Shown piece after piece: positions 8,083 through 17,035 of a DNA stretch of 33,971 nt. Where the stretch lies: IMG/VR virus record IMGVR_UViG_3300030330_004799, positions 1-33,971 of that record; one strand, given 5' to 3'. A model generated the notes under the pieces. It ran no database searches. It saw only the letters and a list, made by a program, of their open reading frames with translations, and had not been told where the DNA came from. This DNA is from a virus (lineage: Duplodnaviria > Caudoviricetes). Both the position numbers and the translations under genes were made by a program. Numbering within the stretch: the stretch's first letter is position 1; each line of letters begins with the position of its first letter.

Positions 8083-9216
8083 ATGGTAGACATTCCTACA
8101 CTTGATATTGAGGATTACGATCCAGAACTAAATGAGGAACAGGAGACTGTTGAGGATCAGTCTGGTGGTGCTTTAACTTATGCTATTGTTGGTGCCGGAC
8201 AGGGTGGCGGACGTATTGCTAAAGCATTTTATGACATGGGTTATACGAAAATGCTAGCAGTTAATACGGCTCGCTCTGACCTAAATGGTCTTGATATTCC
8301 AGATGAGCAAAAGTTCTTGGTTGACGAGCACGGTGAACAGGGTGCTGGTAAAGACCAAGCTAAAGCCGAAGCAGCTATCGAACGCAAAGAACAAGAAGTA
8401 TTCAACAAGTTCCGAGAAGTATTCGGAAACAACGTTGACCGCATTTTGATTTGCCTTGGCGTATCTGGCGGTTCTGGTGGCGGCACAGTCAACACCCTTA
8501 TCAAAGTAGCAAAGAAGTATTTCACCTATATCGGCGTTGAGAACGTTGACGAACGTGTCGGTGTGATTGCTTCCCTTCCAACTGCTGGCGAGTCAGCTTC
8601 CCCAACGGTAGCCAAGAACGCCCATGCTCGCATCACCCAACTTTGTGGGCTCGCAGAAAAAGGAAAGATTGCCCCCCTTATTATGGTGGACAACGAGAAG
8701 ATCAAAAAATTATATCCCAAACTTACAGTCAAGAAGTTTTGGAAAACAATCAACAACACAGTCGCTGGTTTGTTCCATGTCTTCAACGTACTAGCGAACC
8801 AAGACTCAGAGTATACAACCTTTGATGCTACAGACTACGACAGTATTATGAAGCAACCAGGCTGCATGATTATGGGTGTTACCAGCGTCAAGAACCTTGA
8901 GAACGAAACCGCTGTCTCAAGTGCTCTCAAGAAAAACCTAGAGAAGACTCTCCTCGCTGAAGGTTTTGACTTGACAACGGCTTCAGGTGCTGCTTGTATT
9001 GTTGTTGGTAGCGAAGAAATCTTTGAAGAGACGGTTGGCTTGATGGACAACATTGAGTTTGGTTTCGATACTTTGGCTGCCTTGACTGGCGGTGCTATGG
9101 TTCACCGTGGCATCTATGAAGATGACAAGAAGGATAAGCTTGTGACTTATACTTTGGTTAGTGGACTCAAGCGCCCTGCCAAGCGCATCGAGGGACTGAA
9201 AAAGTTCTTGAAGTAA
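8083..9216 (+). CDS. Tubulin/FtsZ family GTPase (PhuZ/TubZ-like)
   Basis: IVGAGQGGGRIA (GQxG loop), AVNT, GAGKD, signature variant GVSGGSGGG, VDNE and T7-loop-like TFDATDY. Strong SD AAGGAG. Confidence 0.9.
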   Translation: MVDIPTLDIEDYDPELNEEQETVEDQSGGALTYAIVGAGQGGGRIAKAFYDMGYTKMLAVNTARSDLNGLDIPDEQKFLVDEHGEQGAGKDQAKAEAAIERKEQEVFNKFREVFGNNVDRILICLGVSGGSGGGTVNTLIKVAKKYFTYIGVENVDERVGVIASLPTAGESASPTVAKNAHARITQLCGLAEKGKIAPLIMVDNEKIKKLYPKLTVKKFWKTINNTVAGLFHVFNVLANQDSEYTTFDATDYDSIMKQPGCMIMGVTSVKNLENETAVSSALKKNLEKTLLAEGFDLTTASGAACIVVGSEEIFEETVGLMDNIEFGFDTLAALTGGAMVHRGIYEDDKKDKLVTYTLVSGLKRPAKRIEGLKKFLK

Positions 9217-9217
9217 T

Positions 9218-9598
9218 ATGAAAAAAGTAGTTGCACTCATACTGCTCTTTTCGCTTAACGCTGCTGCGGCAGAGGTCACGAAGTTCGAGCCTCGCCCAGC
9301 GGCTGTTGAGCAAGAAGGCGACACCTATGTTGGAATTCTATTGAGCGAAGAAGACTTTCGCAAAATACTGGAAAAGAAAATCGACACAAACGCACTGATC
9401 GCCGAATGTTCAGTGGACAAAAAAGTATGCAACCAGATGCAGCTAGGATATAAACATTATATTTCTCAATTGGAAGGACAATTGAAGAAAAACAACTCAT
9501 GGTTTGACAGAAATCGGGGAACCCTCGGTCTTCTCACGGGTTTGGTGATAGGGACGGGCGTTTCTATTGGTATTGTTCATGCGGTATACCAACGATGA
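9218..9598 (+). CDS. Exported protein with signal peptide, coiled coil and C-terminal TM (spanin-like candidate)
   Basis: MKKVVALILLFSLNAAAA is a Sec-type signal with an AxA site. C-terminal hydrophobic helix LGLLTGLVIGTGVSIGIV. Confidence 0.5.
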   Translation: MKKVVALILLFSLNAAAAEVTKFEPRPAAVEQEGDTYVGILLSEEDFRKILEKKIDTNALIAECSVDKKVCNQMQLGYKHYISQLEGQLKKNNSWFDRNRGTLGLLTGLVIGTGVSIGIVHAVYQR

Positions 9599-10005
9599 AA
9601 AAAGACTTAAATTATATTGCTGCTGTTGAAAAAGCCATATCTGAAAAGTATGGTCGAGTAGCTACCCAGAATTTTCGCTGTCATTGGGACTCTTCTTCAG
9701 AAAAAGAATACTTGAATCAACTGGCGGATGTTAGAAAGAAAAAAACAAAACACAACCAGCATTGCAATACTGAAAAACTTGAAGATAATGTTGTAATCAA
9801 AAAAAGAAGTCAGAACCAAAAAACAAACAGAACGTGCCCCGTATGTAAAACATATTCGTTTTCCTCGAAAGACGATCTATATATGAATAGGTACGAATGT
9901 TGTTATAGGTGTTTTGTTGATTTCGTCGCCTCAAGAGAAGACGAGTGGAGATCCGGAAAAAGACCCAGCCCAGAAGAACTTGAGTACCATATCAAAAGGA
10001 GATAA
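9595..10005 (+). CDS. Zinc-finger hypothetical protein
   Basis: CPVC...CCYRC motif. ATGA overlap with the upstream gene. Confidence 0.65.
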   Translation: MKKDLNYIAAVEKAISEKYGRVATQNFRCHWDSSSEKEYLNQLADVRKKKTKHNQHCNTEKLEDNVVIKKRSQNQKTNRTCPVCKTYSFSSKDDLYMNRYECCYRCFVDFVASREDEWRSGKRPSPEELEYHIKRR

Positions 10006-10009
10006 AAAA

Positions 10010-10534
10010 GTGGCTAGCATATTAGATATTGTGAAAGGTTTAAGTCAGGCGGCTTCCAATGCTTATGATGGATATCAGCATATGGATGATAAGATTGGGC
10101 TCCGACGAGAAGAGGGTAACCCAATTGTAGATAGCCGTATTATGGACGGATTTGCAGTTCGCTTTGCCGCTGATAAACTGATCATCACTTACCAGAGTGA
10201 TATCTTGGTCAAAGAACTTCACCCTCGAACTGAATTTGAAAATGAAATTGAAAGACGTTTCGCTGACATTGTTAAGTTTTTGAAAAAAGAATATAAAAAT
10301 GTAACAGGAAATAGTGTTTCTTTATCCCCTACAGGTCCGGCAGACATGATGGTGCAATCCACGTCCAGAGTAAGAAATTGGGTGCAAGCCGTAAAACAAT
10401 ATTCTATCGGAGGAGATTCTACAGTAGACTCTTTGGGTAAAACTTCTGACGAACGCAGAGAAGATGGCATAAAGAAGTTTATGGATTTAGCTAGCAATAA
10501 GCGCCCACCAAACGATACCCGAAAAAAGAATTAG
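10010..10534 (+). CDS. Hypothetical protein upstream of terminase
   Basis: In frame with track ORF 9914..10534. GTG 10010 is preferred because it follows SD AGGAG and the upstream stop. Confidence 0.65.
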   Translation: MASILDIVKGLSQAASNAYDGYQHMDDKIGLRREEGNPIVDSRIMDGFAVRFAADKLIITYQSDILVKELHPRTEFENEIERRFADIVKFLKKEYKNVTGNSVSLSPTGPADMMVQSTSRVRNWVQAVKQYSIGGDSTVDSLGKTSDERREDGIKKFMDLASNKRPPNDTRKKN

Positions 10535-10550
10535 CCAAAGCGAAAAATAG

Positions 10551-12137
10551 ATGGCTATCAATAAAAAAGAAATGATGGCAGAGATCCTTCGATCAGGTAA
10601 GGACCCTGTTTATTTTTCAAACAAGTATGCCAAAATATCTCACCCAATGCACGGGTTGATACCATTCGACATGTACAAGTTTCAGGAAGATGCTTTACGT
10701 GATTTCAAGAAGCACCGATTTAATATCATTCTAAAAGCAAGACAATTAGGTATTTCTACTACTGTTGCTTCGTATGTATGTTGGCTGTTATTGTTCCATC
10801 GAGATAAGAACATATTAGTGGTGGCGACAAAATTAAGCACCGCAGCTAATCTCGTAAAAAAAGCCAAAGCTATCTACAAAAATCTTCCGCCATGGCTTCA
10901 AATTGCTTCGATATCAATTGACAATAGAAACTCATTCGAGTTGTCTAACGGTTCTCAAGTTAAGGCTTCCTCGACATCTGGCGATGCTGGTAGATCCGAA
11001 GCCTTATCTTTGTTGGTGGTAGATGAGGCAGCTATTGTTGAAGGGTTAGATGAAATGTGGGCAGGGTTATATCCCACCCTTTCTACGGGTGGGACCTGTA
11101 TTGCTCTTAGTACCCCTTATGGTGTGGGCAATTGGTTTCATAAAAATTATGTGGAAGCCGAGGAAGGCAAAAACGATTTCAACCCTATCAAGTTGCCTTG
11201 GGACGTTCACCCTGATCGAGATGAAGCGTGGTTTAGAAAAGAAACCCGCAACATGTCAAAGAGAGAAATTGCTCAAGAGTTAGAATGCAATTTCAATGCC
11301 TCGGGTGAAACAGTGATTCATGGAGATGATCTGAATAGGTTATTGGAAAATGTTGTAGAGCCAGAATACCGAACGGGGTTTGATCGTAATTATTGGATAT
11401 GGAAGCGACCAGAACAAGGTAAGAATTATTTAGCTATCGCTGACGTGGCAAGGGGCGATGGTAGTGACTACAGTGTATGTCAAGTTCTGGATATTGAAAC
11501 AATGGAACAGGTGGCAGAGTATCAAGGCAAAATTACCCCGGATATGTTTGCTCCTCTCTTGCATTCCATCGGAAGCGAGTACAATGACGCTTTGCTTGTC
11601 ATTGAAAACAATTCATTGGGTATTGGTGTTTTATCTCGGCTCCAAGAATCCGAGTATAAAAATTTGTATTTCAGTATAAGATCTACCCATGAATATGTTG
11701 ATCAAGCCACATCTGAAGCAATTGGGGGTGTGGCTGGCTTTACTATGTCTATGAAAACTAGACCTCTTGTTATAAGCAAATTTGAGGAATTCGTTCGTAA
11801 CAAACTAATTACCATTAATTCTCAACGTCTTGCTAATGAAGTTAAAACTTTTATTTGGCACAACGGTAGACCACAGGGGATGAGAGGTTATAATGACGAT
11901 TTGGTTATTGCAACGTGTATAGGTTGCTGGGTGAGAGAAACAGCACTAACAGTTAATAAACGAGAAATAGAATATAAGAAAGCCTTATTAGGTGGTATAA
12001 CAGCATCGTCAAAAACATTGAACACAAGGATCGAAGGAATGAAAGGATATAAGCCACCCAAAACTCCTCAACAAGCTGGAAGCTTTGTAGGGCAAGATGG
12101 GCGTACACATGACCTTTCGTGGATCATAAAGGGGTAG
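10551..12137 (+). CDS. terL: Terminase large subunit (T4 gp17-like)
   Basis: Walker A KARQLGIST, Walker B LLVVDEAA, motif III LSTPYG, QELEC, and nuclease acidic residues IADVARG...DYS and NDDLV. Confidence 0.95.
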   Translation: MAINKKEMMAEILRSGKDPVYFSNKYAKISHPMHGLIPFDMYKFQEDALRDFKKHRFNIILKARQLGISTTVASYVCWLLLFHRDKNILVVATKLSTAANLVKKAKAIYKNLPPWLQIASISIDNRNSFELSNGSQVKASSTSGDAGRSEALSLLVVDEAAIVEGLDEMWAGLYPTLSTGGTCIALSTPYGVGNWFHKNYVEAEEGKNDFNPIKLPWDVHPDRDEAWFRKETRNMSKREIAQELECNFNASGETVIHGDDLNRLLENVVEPEYRTGFDRNYWIWKRPEQGKNYLAIADVARGDGSDYSVCQVLDIETMEQVAEYQGKITPDMFAPLLHSIGSEYNDALLVIENNSLGIGVLSRLQESEYKNLYFSIRSTHEYVDQATSEAIGGVAGFTMSMKTRPLVISKFEEFVRNKLITINSQRLANEVKTFIWHNGRPQGMRGYNDDLVIATCIGCWVRETALTVNKREIEYKKALLGGITASSKTLNTRIEGMKGYKPPKTPQQAGSFVGQDGRTHDLSWIIKG

Positions 12138-12138
12138 C

Positions 12139-14049
12139 ATGTCGGAAAACAACAATAACAACAATAATCCTCGAAATAAAAATTCCACACTCTTCAAAAG
12201 GTTGACAAGGCTTTTTAGCGGACCTATGGTTGATTATAATCAGCCAGAAGTAACCCGCAATACTGCTCGTACCATCAAGAAATATAGGTTTACGAGTTCT
12301 ACGGGTAAAGAGTTTCAAAAAAAAGAATACTATAATCCATTTGCCTCTTTGCAAAACAAGACGCTGATGAGTCGAGATAAGCAAGTTCGGTACACTGATT
12401 TTGAACAAATGGAGTACACGCCCGAACTTGCCTCGGCTTTGGATGTATACGCTGACGAAATCACCACCTCTTCAGATTTATCACCTCTAGTTCACATTGA
12501 TTGCCACAACAGAGAAATAAAAGACATTCTCCACACCTTGTTGTATAGCGTTCTAAATATTGACTCCAACTTGTTTGGTTGGGCACGAGGAATGTCAAAG
12601 TATGGCGATTACTATCTGTATCTTGACATTGACGAAAAACTAGGTATTACTAATGTGGTGCCTTTACCTGTTCGAGAAATAGAAAGACTTGAGGGAAACG
12701 ACCCTACCAATCCTAATTATATTCAATATTTTTGGCAGAACGCAGAAGGAAACCAAGGTGTTACTTTTGAGAACTGGCAGGTAGCCCATTTTCGAGTATT
12801 GGGCAATGATAAGTATGCCCCTTACGGCACATCAGTTTTAGAGTCTGCTCGAAGAATATGGCGTCAACTTCTTCTGTTAGAAGACGCCATGATGAGTTAT
12901 AGAATTGTTAGATCCCCCGAGAGACGAGTGTTTTATATTGATGTTGGCAATATAGCTGCTGAAGATGTTGAACAATACATCCAACAAGTAAAAACACAAA
13001 TGAAAAGAAATCAGATTGTTGATTCGGATACCGGAAGAGTGGATCTGCGCTATAATCCTATGAGTGTGGAAGAAGATTATTATATTCCTACTCGTGCGGG
13101 ACAATCATCAAGAATTGAAACTCTTGCAGGAGGTCAATTCACAGGTGATATAGACGATGTAAATTACTTAAGAGATAAGCTATTTTCAGCGATCAAGATC
13201 CCCAAGGCATATTTGGCCCAAACCGACGCCGCCGAAGATAAAACAACTTTAGCGCAAAAAGATATCCGATTTGCCAGAACGATTCAAAGACTACAGCGAG
13301 TTGTATTAGCCGAAATTCAAAAAATCTGCATTGTACACTTGTTTACTTTGGGTTACCGCAATGAAGACCTGATTGCCTTTAATTTAACATTGAATAACCC
13401 CAGTAAAATCGCAGAACTTCAAGAATTAGAACATTTGCGTACTAAATTTGATATTGCTTCTGCGGCAACTGATGGGTTGTTTTCAAATAGGTGGGTATAT
13501 AAGCACATCTTTAAGCTAGATGACGACGCTATTGAGCGAATCATGCGAGAGCAATTTACAGATTCTAAACACAGAGCGATAATAGAGGCTTCCGGTACAG
13601 CCGCTTCAAGTGATGCGGCTGGAGGAGGTGCAGCCGGAGGAGGTGCTGATGCTTTAGCACCCGAAGGAGGATTAGAAACCCCCGGAGTGGATGATCTGGG
13701 TGGAGGTGAAACCCCTGAAACCCCAGAAGAGCCTGCGGGTGATGAAGGACCCCTTCTTGCTGAACCACCTGGGCAGAGAGATGAAGATTGGTACAAGCCT
13801 GTTGTTAGCGACAAAAGGCGTGCCGGAGCCAGGAAAAGAAGTGCGTTAGCTTCCGCAGGAGAAAAAGCTGCCTATCCCGGATCTAAACGACTATTTAAAG
13901 GTATGGCTGACGGACTTTCACCTTTGTCTCGGGGGATTGTTTCTGCTGGCGTGAATAAAAGTGATGAAACATTGATTGCAGAGACGCAAAGTGAGATCAA
14001 AAGTCTAATAGACCAATTGGAAAAACGAGATGAAAGCGAAACACAATAA
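12139..14049 (+). CDS. gp20: Portal vertex protein (T4 gp20-like)
   Basis: LLEDAMMSYRIVRSPERRVFYIDVGN and EEDYYIP...IETL.GG match the T4 gp20 family. Follows terL. Confidence 0.93.
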   Translation: MSENNNNNNNPRNKNSTLFKRLTRLFSGPMVDYNQPEVTRNTARTIKKYRFTSSTGKEFQKKEYYNPFASLQNKTLMSRDKQVRYTDFEQMEYTPELASALDVYADEITTSSDLSPLVHIDCHNREIKDILHTLLYSVLNIDSNLFGWARGMSKYGDYYLYLDIDEKLGITNVVPLPVREIERLEGNDPTNPNYIQYFWQNAEGNQGVTFENWQVAHFRVLGNDKYAPYGTSVLESARRIWRQLLLLEDAMMSYRIVRSPERRVFYIDVGNIAAEDVEQYIQQVKTQMKRNQIVDSDTGRVDLRYNPMSVEEDYYIPTRAGQSSRIETLAGGQFTGDIDDVNYLRDKLFSAIKIPKAYLAQTDAAEDKTTLAQKDIRFARTIQRLQRVVLAEIQKICIVHLFTLGYRNEDLIAFNLTLNNPSKIAELQELEHLRTKFDIASAATDGLFSNRWVYKHIFKLDDDAIERIMREQFTDSKHRAIIEASGTAASSDAAGGGAAGGGADALAPEGGLETPGVDDLGGGETPETPEEPAGDEGPLLAEPPGQRDEDWYKPVVSDKRRAGARKRSALASAGEKAAYPGSKRLFKGMADGLSPLSRGIVSAGVNKSDETLIAETQSEIKSLIDQLEKRDESETQ

Positions 14050-14857
14050 AAAAAGAAATACTGCCTTTTTATTTGAAGCCCTTACTCGACATATTGCCAA
14101 GTGCATCCTTGAGAAGAATGAGTCAAGCAGGCGACAAGGGCTTCAAATTTTACAAGAGCACTTCAAAAATTCTGCACCACTAGCCAGAGAGCTAGAGTGT
14201 TATAAAGCCCTGTCGGGGTCAACTTCTGGTGACAAGCTTTTAGCGGAAAAGATGATGGCATCTGTAAAAAAAGTCCACGACCAACTGGACAAAGAGCAGA
14301 TATTTTCCGAACAGACTACGGTGATCCACAAGATTAATAAACACCTCGGGACATCAGTTTTTTCAGCGTTTGTTCCAAGTTATAGAGATTATGCCACTAT
14401 CGCTCAAATTTTCAGTGAAAAAACCCCTGTTCGAAACAGGGTTCTTTTAGAGTCCACGGTTGTGAGTAAGATGTGTGAAGAAAAAATCTCATCGGAAAAG
14501 CCGCTGCAACCACTTGACTCTCTTGTTCTAAAGACTTTTATTGGAAATTATAACCAAAAATACGAAGGCTTGTTGCCGGAACAAAAAGCTCTTTTGAATA
14601 AATATATCTTGAGCTTTGGACCTCATAAGGTAGATTTTCAAATAGCATTAAGTGAGGAATTGAGAAAGATAGAAAGCGAAGTGGAAGCCTCTCTGTCACT
14701 TCCTGAAGTTGCTGCGGATACTGAAATGGTTAATAACACGAATGAAGTGCTGCAACAAATTCGTAATTACAATGTGACGAACATTTGTGAGAGCGATCTT
14801 AAAAAAATCCTCAAACTTCAATCCCTAGTGAAAGAATATCAATCCGATGCCGATTAA
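14030..14857 (+). CDS. Hypothetical protein of the head module
   Basis: 275-aa helical ORF overlapping the portal stop. Basic N-terminus KHNKKRNTAFLFE. Confidence 0.7.
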   Translation: MKAKHNKKRNTAFLFEALTRHIAKCILEKNESSRRQGLQILQEHFKNSAPLARELECYKALSGSTSGDKLLAEKMMASVKKVHDQLDKEQIFSEQTTVIHKINKHLGTSVFSAFVPSYRDYATIAQIFSEKTPVRNRVLLESTVVSKMCEEKISSEKPLQPLDSLVLKTFIGNYNQKYEGLLPEQKALLNKYILSFGPHKVDFQIALSEELRKIESEVEASLSLPEVAADTEMVNNTNEVLQQIRNYNVTNICESDLKKILKLQSLVKEYQSDAD

Positions 14858-15386
14858 GATAACCTTAAATACAGGACAAGAGGCACCCAAGGAGCCCCAA
14901 GCATCTATTGCCCTCACTGCGACTAAAACATTGGCAGGAAATATATTAATTTCTGATCATGATAAGATGAATATAGTAGTTGACCCATCAAAGATGAAAG
15001 TTGTTACCATACCTAAACCCTATGCTGGGGAGGGTATTTACGACTACCAAAGAGATCTTTTAGACTCGTTGTTTAGGGGTGGTGTTGTTGAATTCAATAC
15101 AATACAGGGCGGAGCTAACTTTGGAGTTATGGAAGGTAATATTTCCCCAAACGAAAAAGTTGACCCCATTCAGGTCACGCTTTTAGAAATAGAAAAGTTT
15201 ATCAAAAAGCAACAATCTTCGGAAATGTTAGCACAAGATTATGATAAACACATTGAAGATCGGTTTACTGATCCTACCGACGAAGATTCGACGGCTTACG
15301 GGGAGATACCCCCTTATCAAGATACGCCCGAAGGTGCAGATGATTCTTTACCATATGTTTATGTGGGGGCAGGATATTACTATTGA
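14847..15386 (+). CDS. Hypothetical protein
   Basis: 179-aa ORF overlapping both neighbours, with an acidic C-terminus. Confidence 0.7.
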   Translation: MPIKITLNTGQEAPKEPQASIALTATKTLAGNILISDHDKMNIVVDPSKMKVVTIPKPYAGEGIYDYQRDLLDSLFRGGVVEFNTIQGGANFGVMEGNISPNEKVDPIQVTLLEIEKFIKKQQSSEMLAQDYDKHIEDRFTDPTDEDSTAYGEIPPYQDTPEGADDSLPYVYVGAGYYY

Positions 15387-15730
15387 TAAATCTGGTTATG
15401 TTTGTGCTAGCCTCTTACGGTATAACACAAATTTTAGTTTATTCAAAAATATTTGAAACCATTAGACCCTCTCACTATTTTTTTCACTGCCCAATGTGCG
15501 TAGGATTTTGGGTGGGTTTATTTCTTATGTTCCTTGGACCTTATACCGAACTATTTACATTTGATGTAAGTTGGGTAAATGCTTTATTGCTCGGAAGCAT
15601 TTCTTCGGCTACATCATATACTTTGTGCATGATAATAGGAGACGGAGGATTTCAATATGAATACCGAACAAAAGGGAACATGGACACAAAAATGGATGCT
15701 AAGACCAGTAGCCAATTGTTGCAGGGGTAG
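15383..15730 (+). CDS. Small multi-TM membrane protein with CxxC (DUF1360-like)
   Basis: Three hydrophobic segments and FHCPMCVGFWVG. Confidence 0.6.
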   Translation: MINLVMFVLASYGITQILVYSKIFETIRPSHYFFHCPMCVGFWVGLFLMFLGPYTELFTFDVSWVNALLLGSISSATSYTLCMIIGDGGFQYEYRTKGNMDTKMDAKTSSQLLQG

Positions 15731-15761
15731 TAGTATCGTGCGGGTAGCGCCCGCATTGTAA
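15657..15761 (+). CDS. Putative 34-aa peptide (absent from the ORF track)
   Basis: GGAGG at 15644-15648, ATG 15657, MNTEQKGTWTQKWMLRPVANCCRGSSIVRVAPAL, TAA 15761. It lies downstream of ACTATTTA at 15550. Confidence 0.45.
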   Translation: MNTEQKGTWTQKWMLRPVANCCRGSSIVRVAPAL

Positions 15762-15772
15762 AGGAGAGTAAA

Positions 15773-15946
15773 ATGAAAATCACTAAAACAGAATTGCGAA
15801 AGATCATTAAAGAAGAGTTATTGAAAGAAGAAATGTCGGTGGAAGTTGGGCTCGACTTTCTGGAGAGAATGCGAGACCTCCTTCGCAAAGGCGATCTTGA
15901 AATGTTGGAAAATCACCTAACAATGCTTATAATGGACGCAGAGTAA
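15773..15946 (+). CDS. 57-aa protein with MKITKTELRKIIKEE leader (absent from the ORF track)
   Basis: SD AAGGAG, ATG 15773, TAA 15946, ending 1 nt before the protease start. The leader is nearly identical to that of ORF 144. Confidence 0.8.
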   Translation: MKITKTELRKIIKEELLKEEMSVEVGLDFLERMRDLLRKGDLEMLENHLTMLIMDAE

Positions 15947-15947
15947 A

Positions 15948-16550
15948 ATGACAAAGAAATATGTATTACAAGAATTTATGAACCTAGATTATAGCGACGA
16001 TCTTCTCACAGAAGAGGAGCGTGAAGGTAATCGTCAAGGTCATCACCTTATTGTGGCTGGCAAGATTCAAGCAGCCGGTAAAAAGAACGGAAACGGACGC
16101 ATTTACCCCCGACCCATTTTAGAGCGAGAGATGAAGAACTATCAGAAACTAGTCAAAGAGGGTAGAGCGATCGGTGAGTTGGACCACCCAGACAGTTCAG
16201 TGGTAGAGTTAAAAAATGCTAGCCACCTTATGACTGAAGTTTGGTGGGATGGTGATGATGTAATGGGGAAAATGAAAATTCTTCAAACCCCTGCGGGTCA
16301 GATTGCAAAGCAATTGGTAGAGGGGGGAGTTCAATTGGGTATCTCCAGTCGTGGACTTGGCTCAACACGCCAACAGGGTGGAGTTACCATGGTTGAGGAC
16401 GATTTTCAGTTATTGTGTTTTGATTTGGTGTCCGAACCTAGCACAACTGGAGCTTTTTTGGTGTCAGAAGGGCAAGAAATAAAAACTCATTTGACAAAGG
16501 CAGACAGAATCAATCGTGCTCTTAATGATGTGTTGGGTGACGACTCGTGA
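15948..16550 (+). CDS. gp21: Prohead core protease (T4 gp21-like)
   Basis: KNGNGRIYP, GELDHP, ASH, LGISSRGLGS and FDLVSEPS motifs. Confidence 0.93.
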   Translation: MTKKYVLQEFMNLDYSDDLLTEEEREGNRQGHHLIVAGKIQAAGKKNGNGRIYPRPILEREMKNYQKLVKEGRAIGELDHPDSSVVELKNASHLMTEVWWDGDDVMGKMKILQTPAGQIAKQLVEGGVQLGISSRGLGSTRQQGGVTMVEDDFQLLCFDLVSEPSTTGAFLVSEGQEIKTHLTKADRINRALNDVLGDDS

Positions 16551-17023
16551 GCGCAGCAGGTTTTGGAATTCCTAATACAACAGGAGGCTTCGCCTTTAAA
16601 GTATTACCAGACGGAAACATGGTCATCGGAGACACTTCCGATGATGTGGTTCAAGTAACCGGAAGTTTGGATGTTCACGGTCTTCACGCAGATGCCATAA
16701 CGGAAAACGACTTAGGGAGCGACAAAACCAGCACACTTACTCCGTCCACCAGTTTTCATATTTTGGATGCCTCCGCTATTACAGGAGATGATATGGGCGG
16801 CGGACAGTTCATGCATACAATGACCGTGGGCAATGGCACCCTCCCTGGGCAAGTTTTGGATATAGCTGTTCCCACCTCTTTTGGAGCAGGTGGAAATGTA
16901 GGTATTATGCTCGGTGGTAATGTTTACCCAAACGGCACAAGTCTTATGAGCAGTCTTCCGAGTTTAAGACTGCGTTGGATATCCACTTCGCACTATAATA
17001 CATGGATAAAGATTGGAACTTAA
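16547..17023 (+). CDS. Hypothetical beta-rich protein, probable virion component
   Basis: Gly/Thr/Ser-rich, IGDTSDDVVQVTGS. GTG start overlaps the protease stop. Confidence 0.6.
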   Translation: MSAAGFGIPNTTGGFAFKVLPDGNMVIGDTSDDVVQVTGSLDVHGLHADAITENDLGSDKTSTLTPSTSFHILDASAITGDDMGGGQFMHTMTVGNGTLPGQVLDIAVPTSFGAGGNVGIMLGGNVYPNGTSLMSSLPSLRLRWISTSHYNTWIKIGT

Positions 17024-17035
17024 GAAAGGAAAGAG

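Noticed and set aside
8083-9216. Interpreting the tubulin-family gene as host ftsZ (bacterial contamination or prophage boundary)
   Set aside because: It lacks the canonical GGGTGTG and the FtsZ C-terminal linker and peptide, has no dcw-cluster neighbours, and is embedded among phage genes.
12148-12168. Poly-Asn run at the portal N-terminus
   Set aside because: Short mixed AAC/AAT low-complexity stretch in a probably disordered terminus, with no evidence of function.
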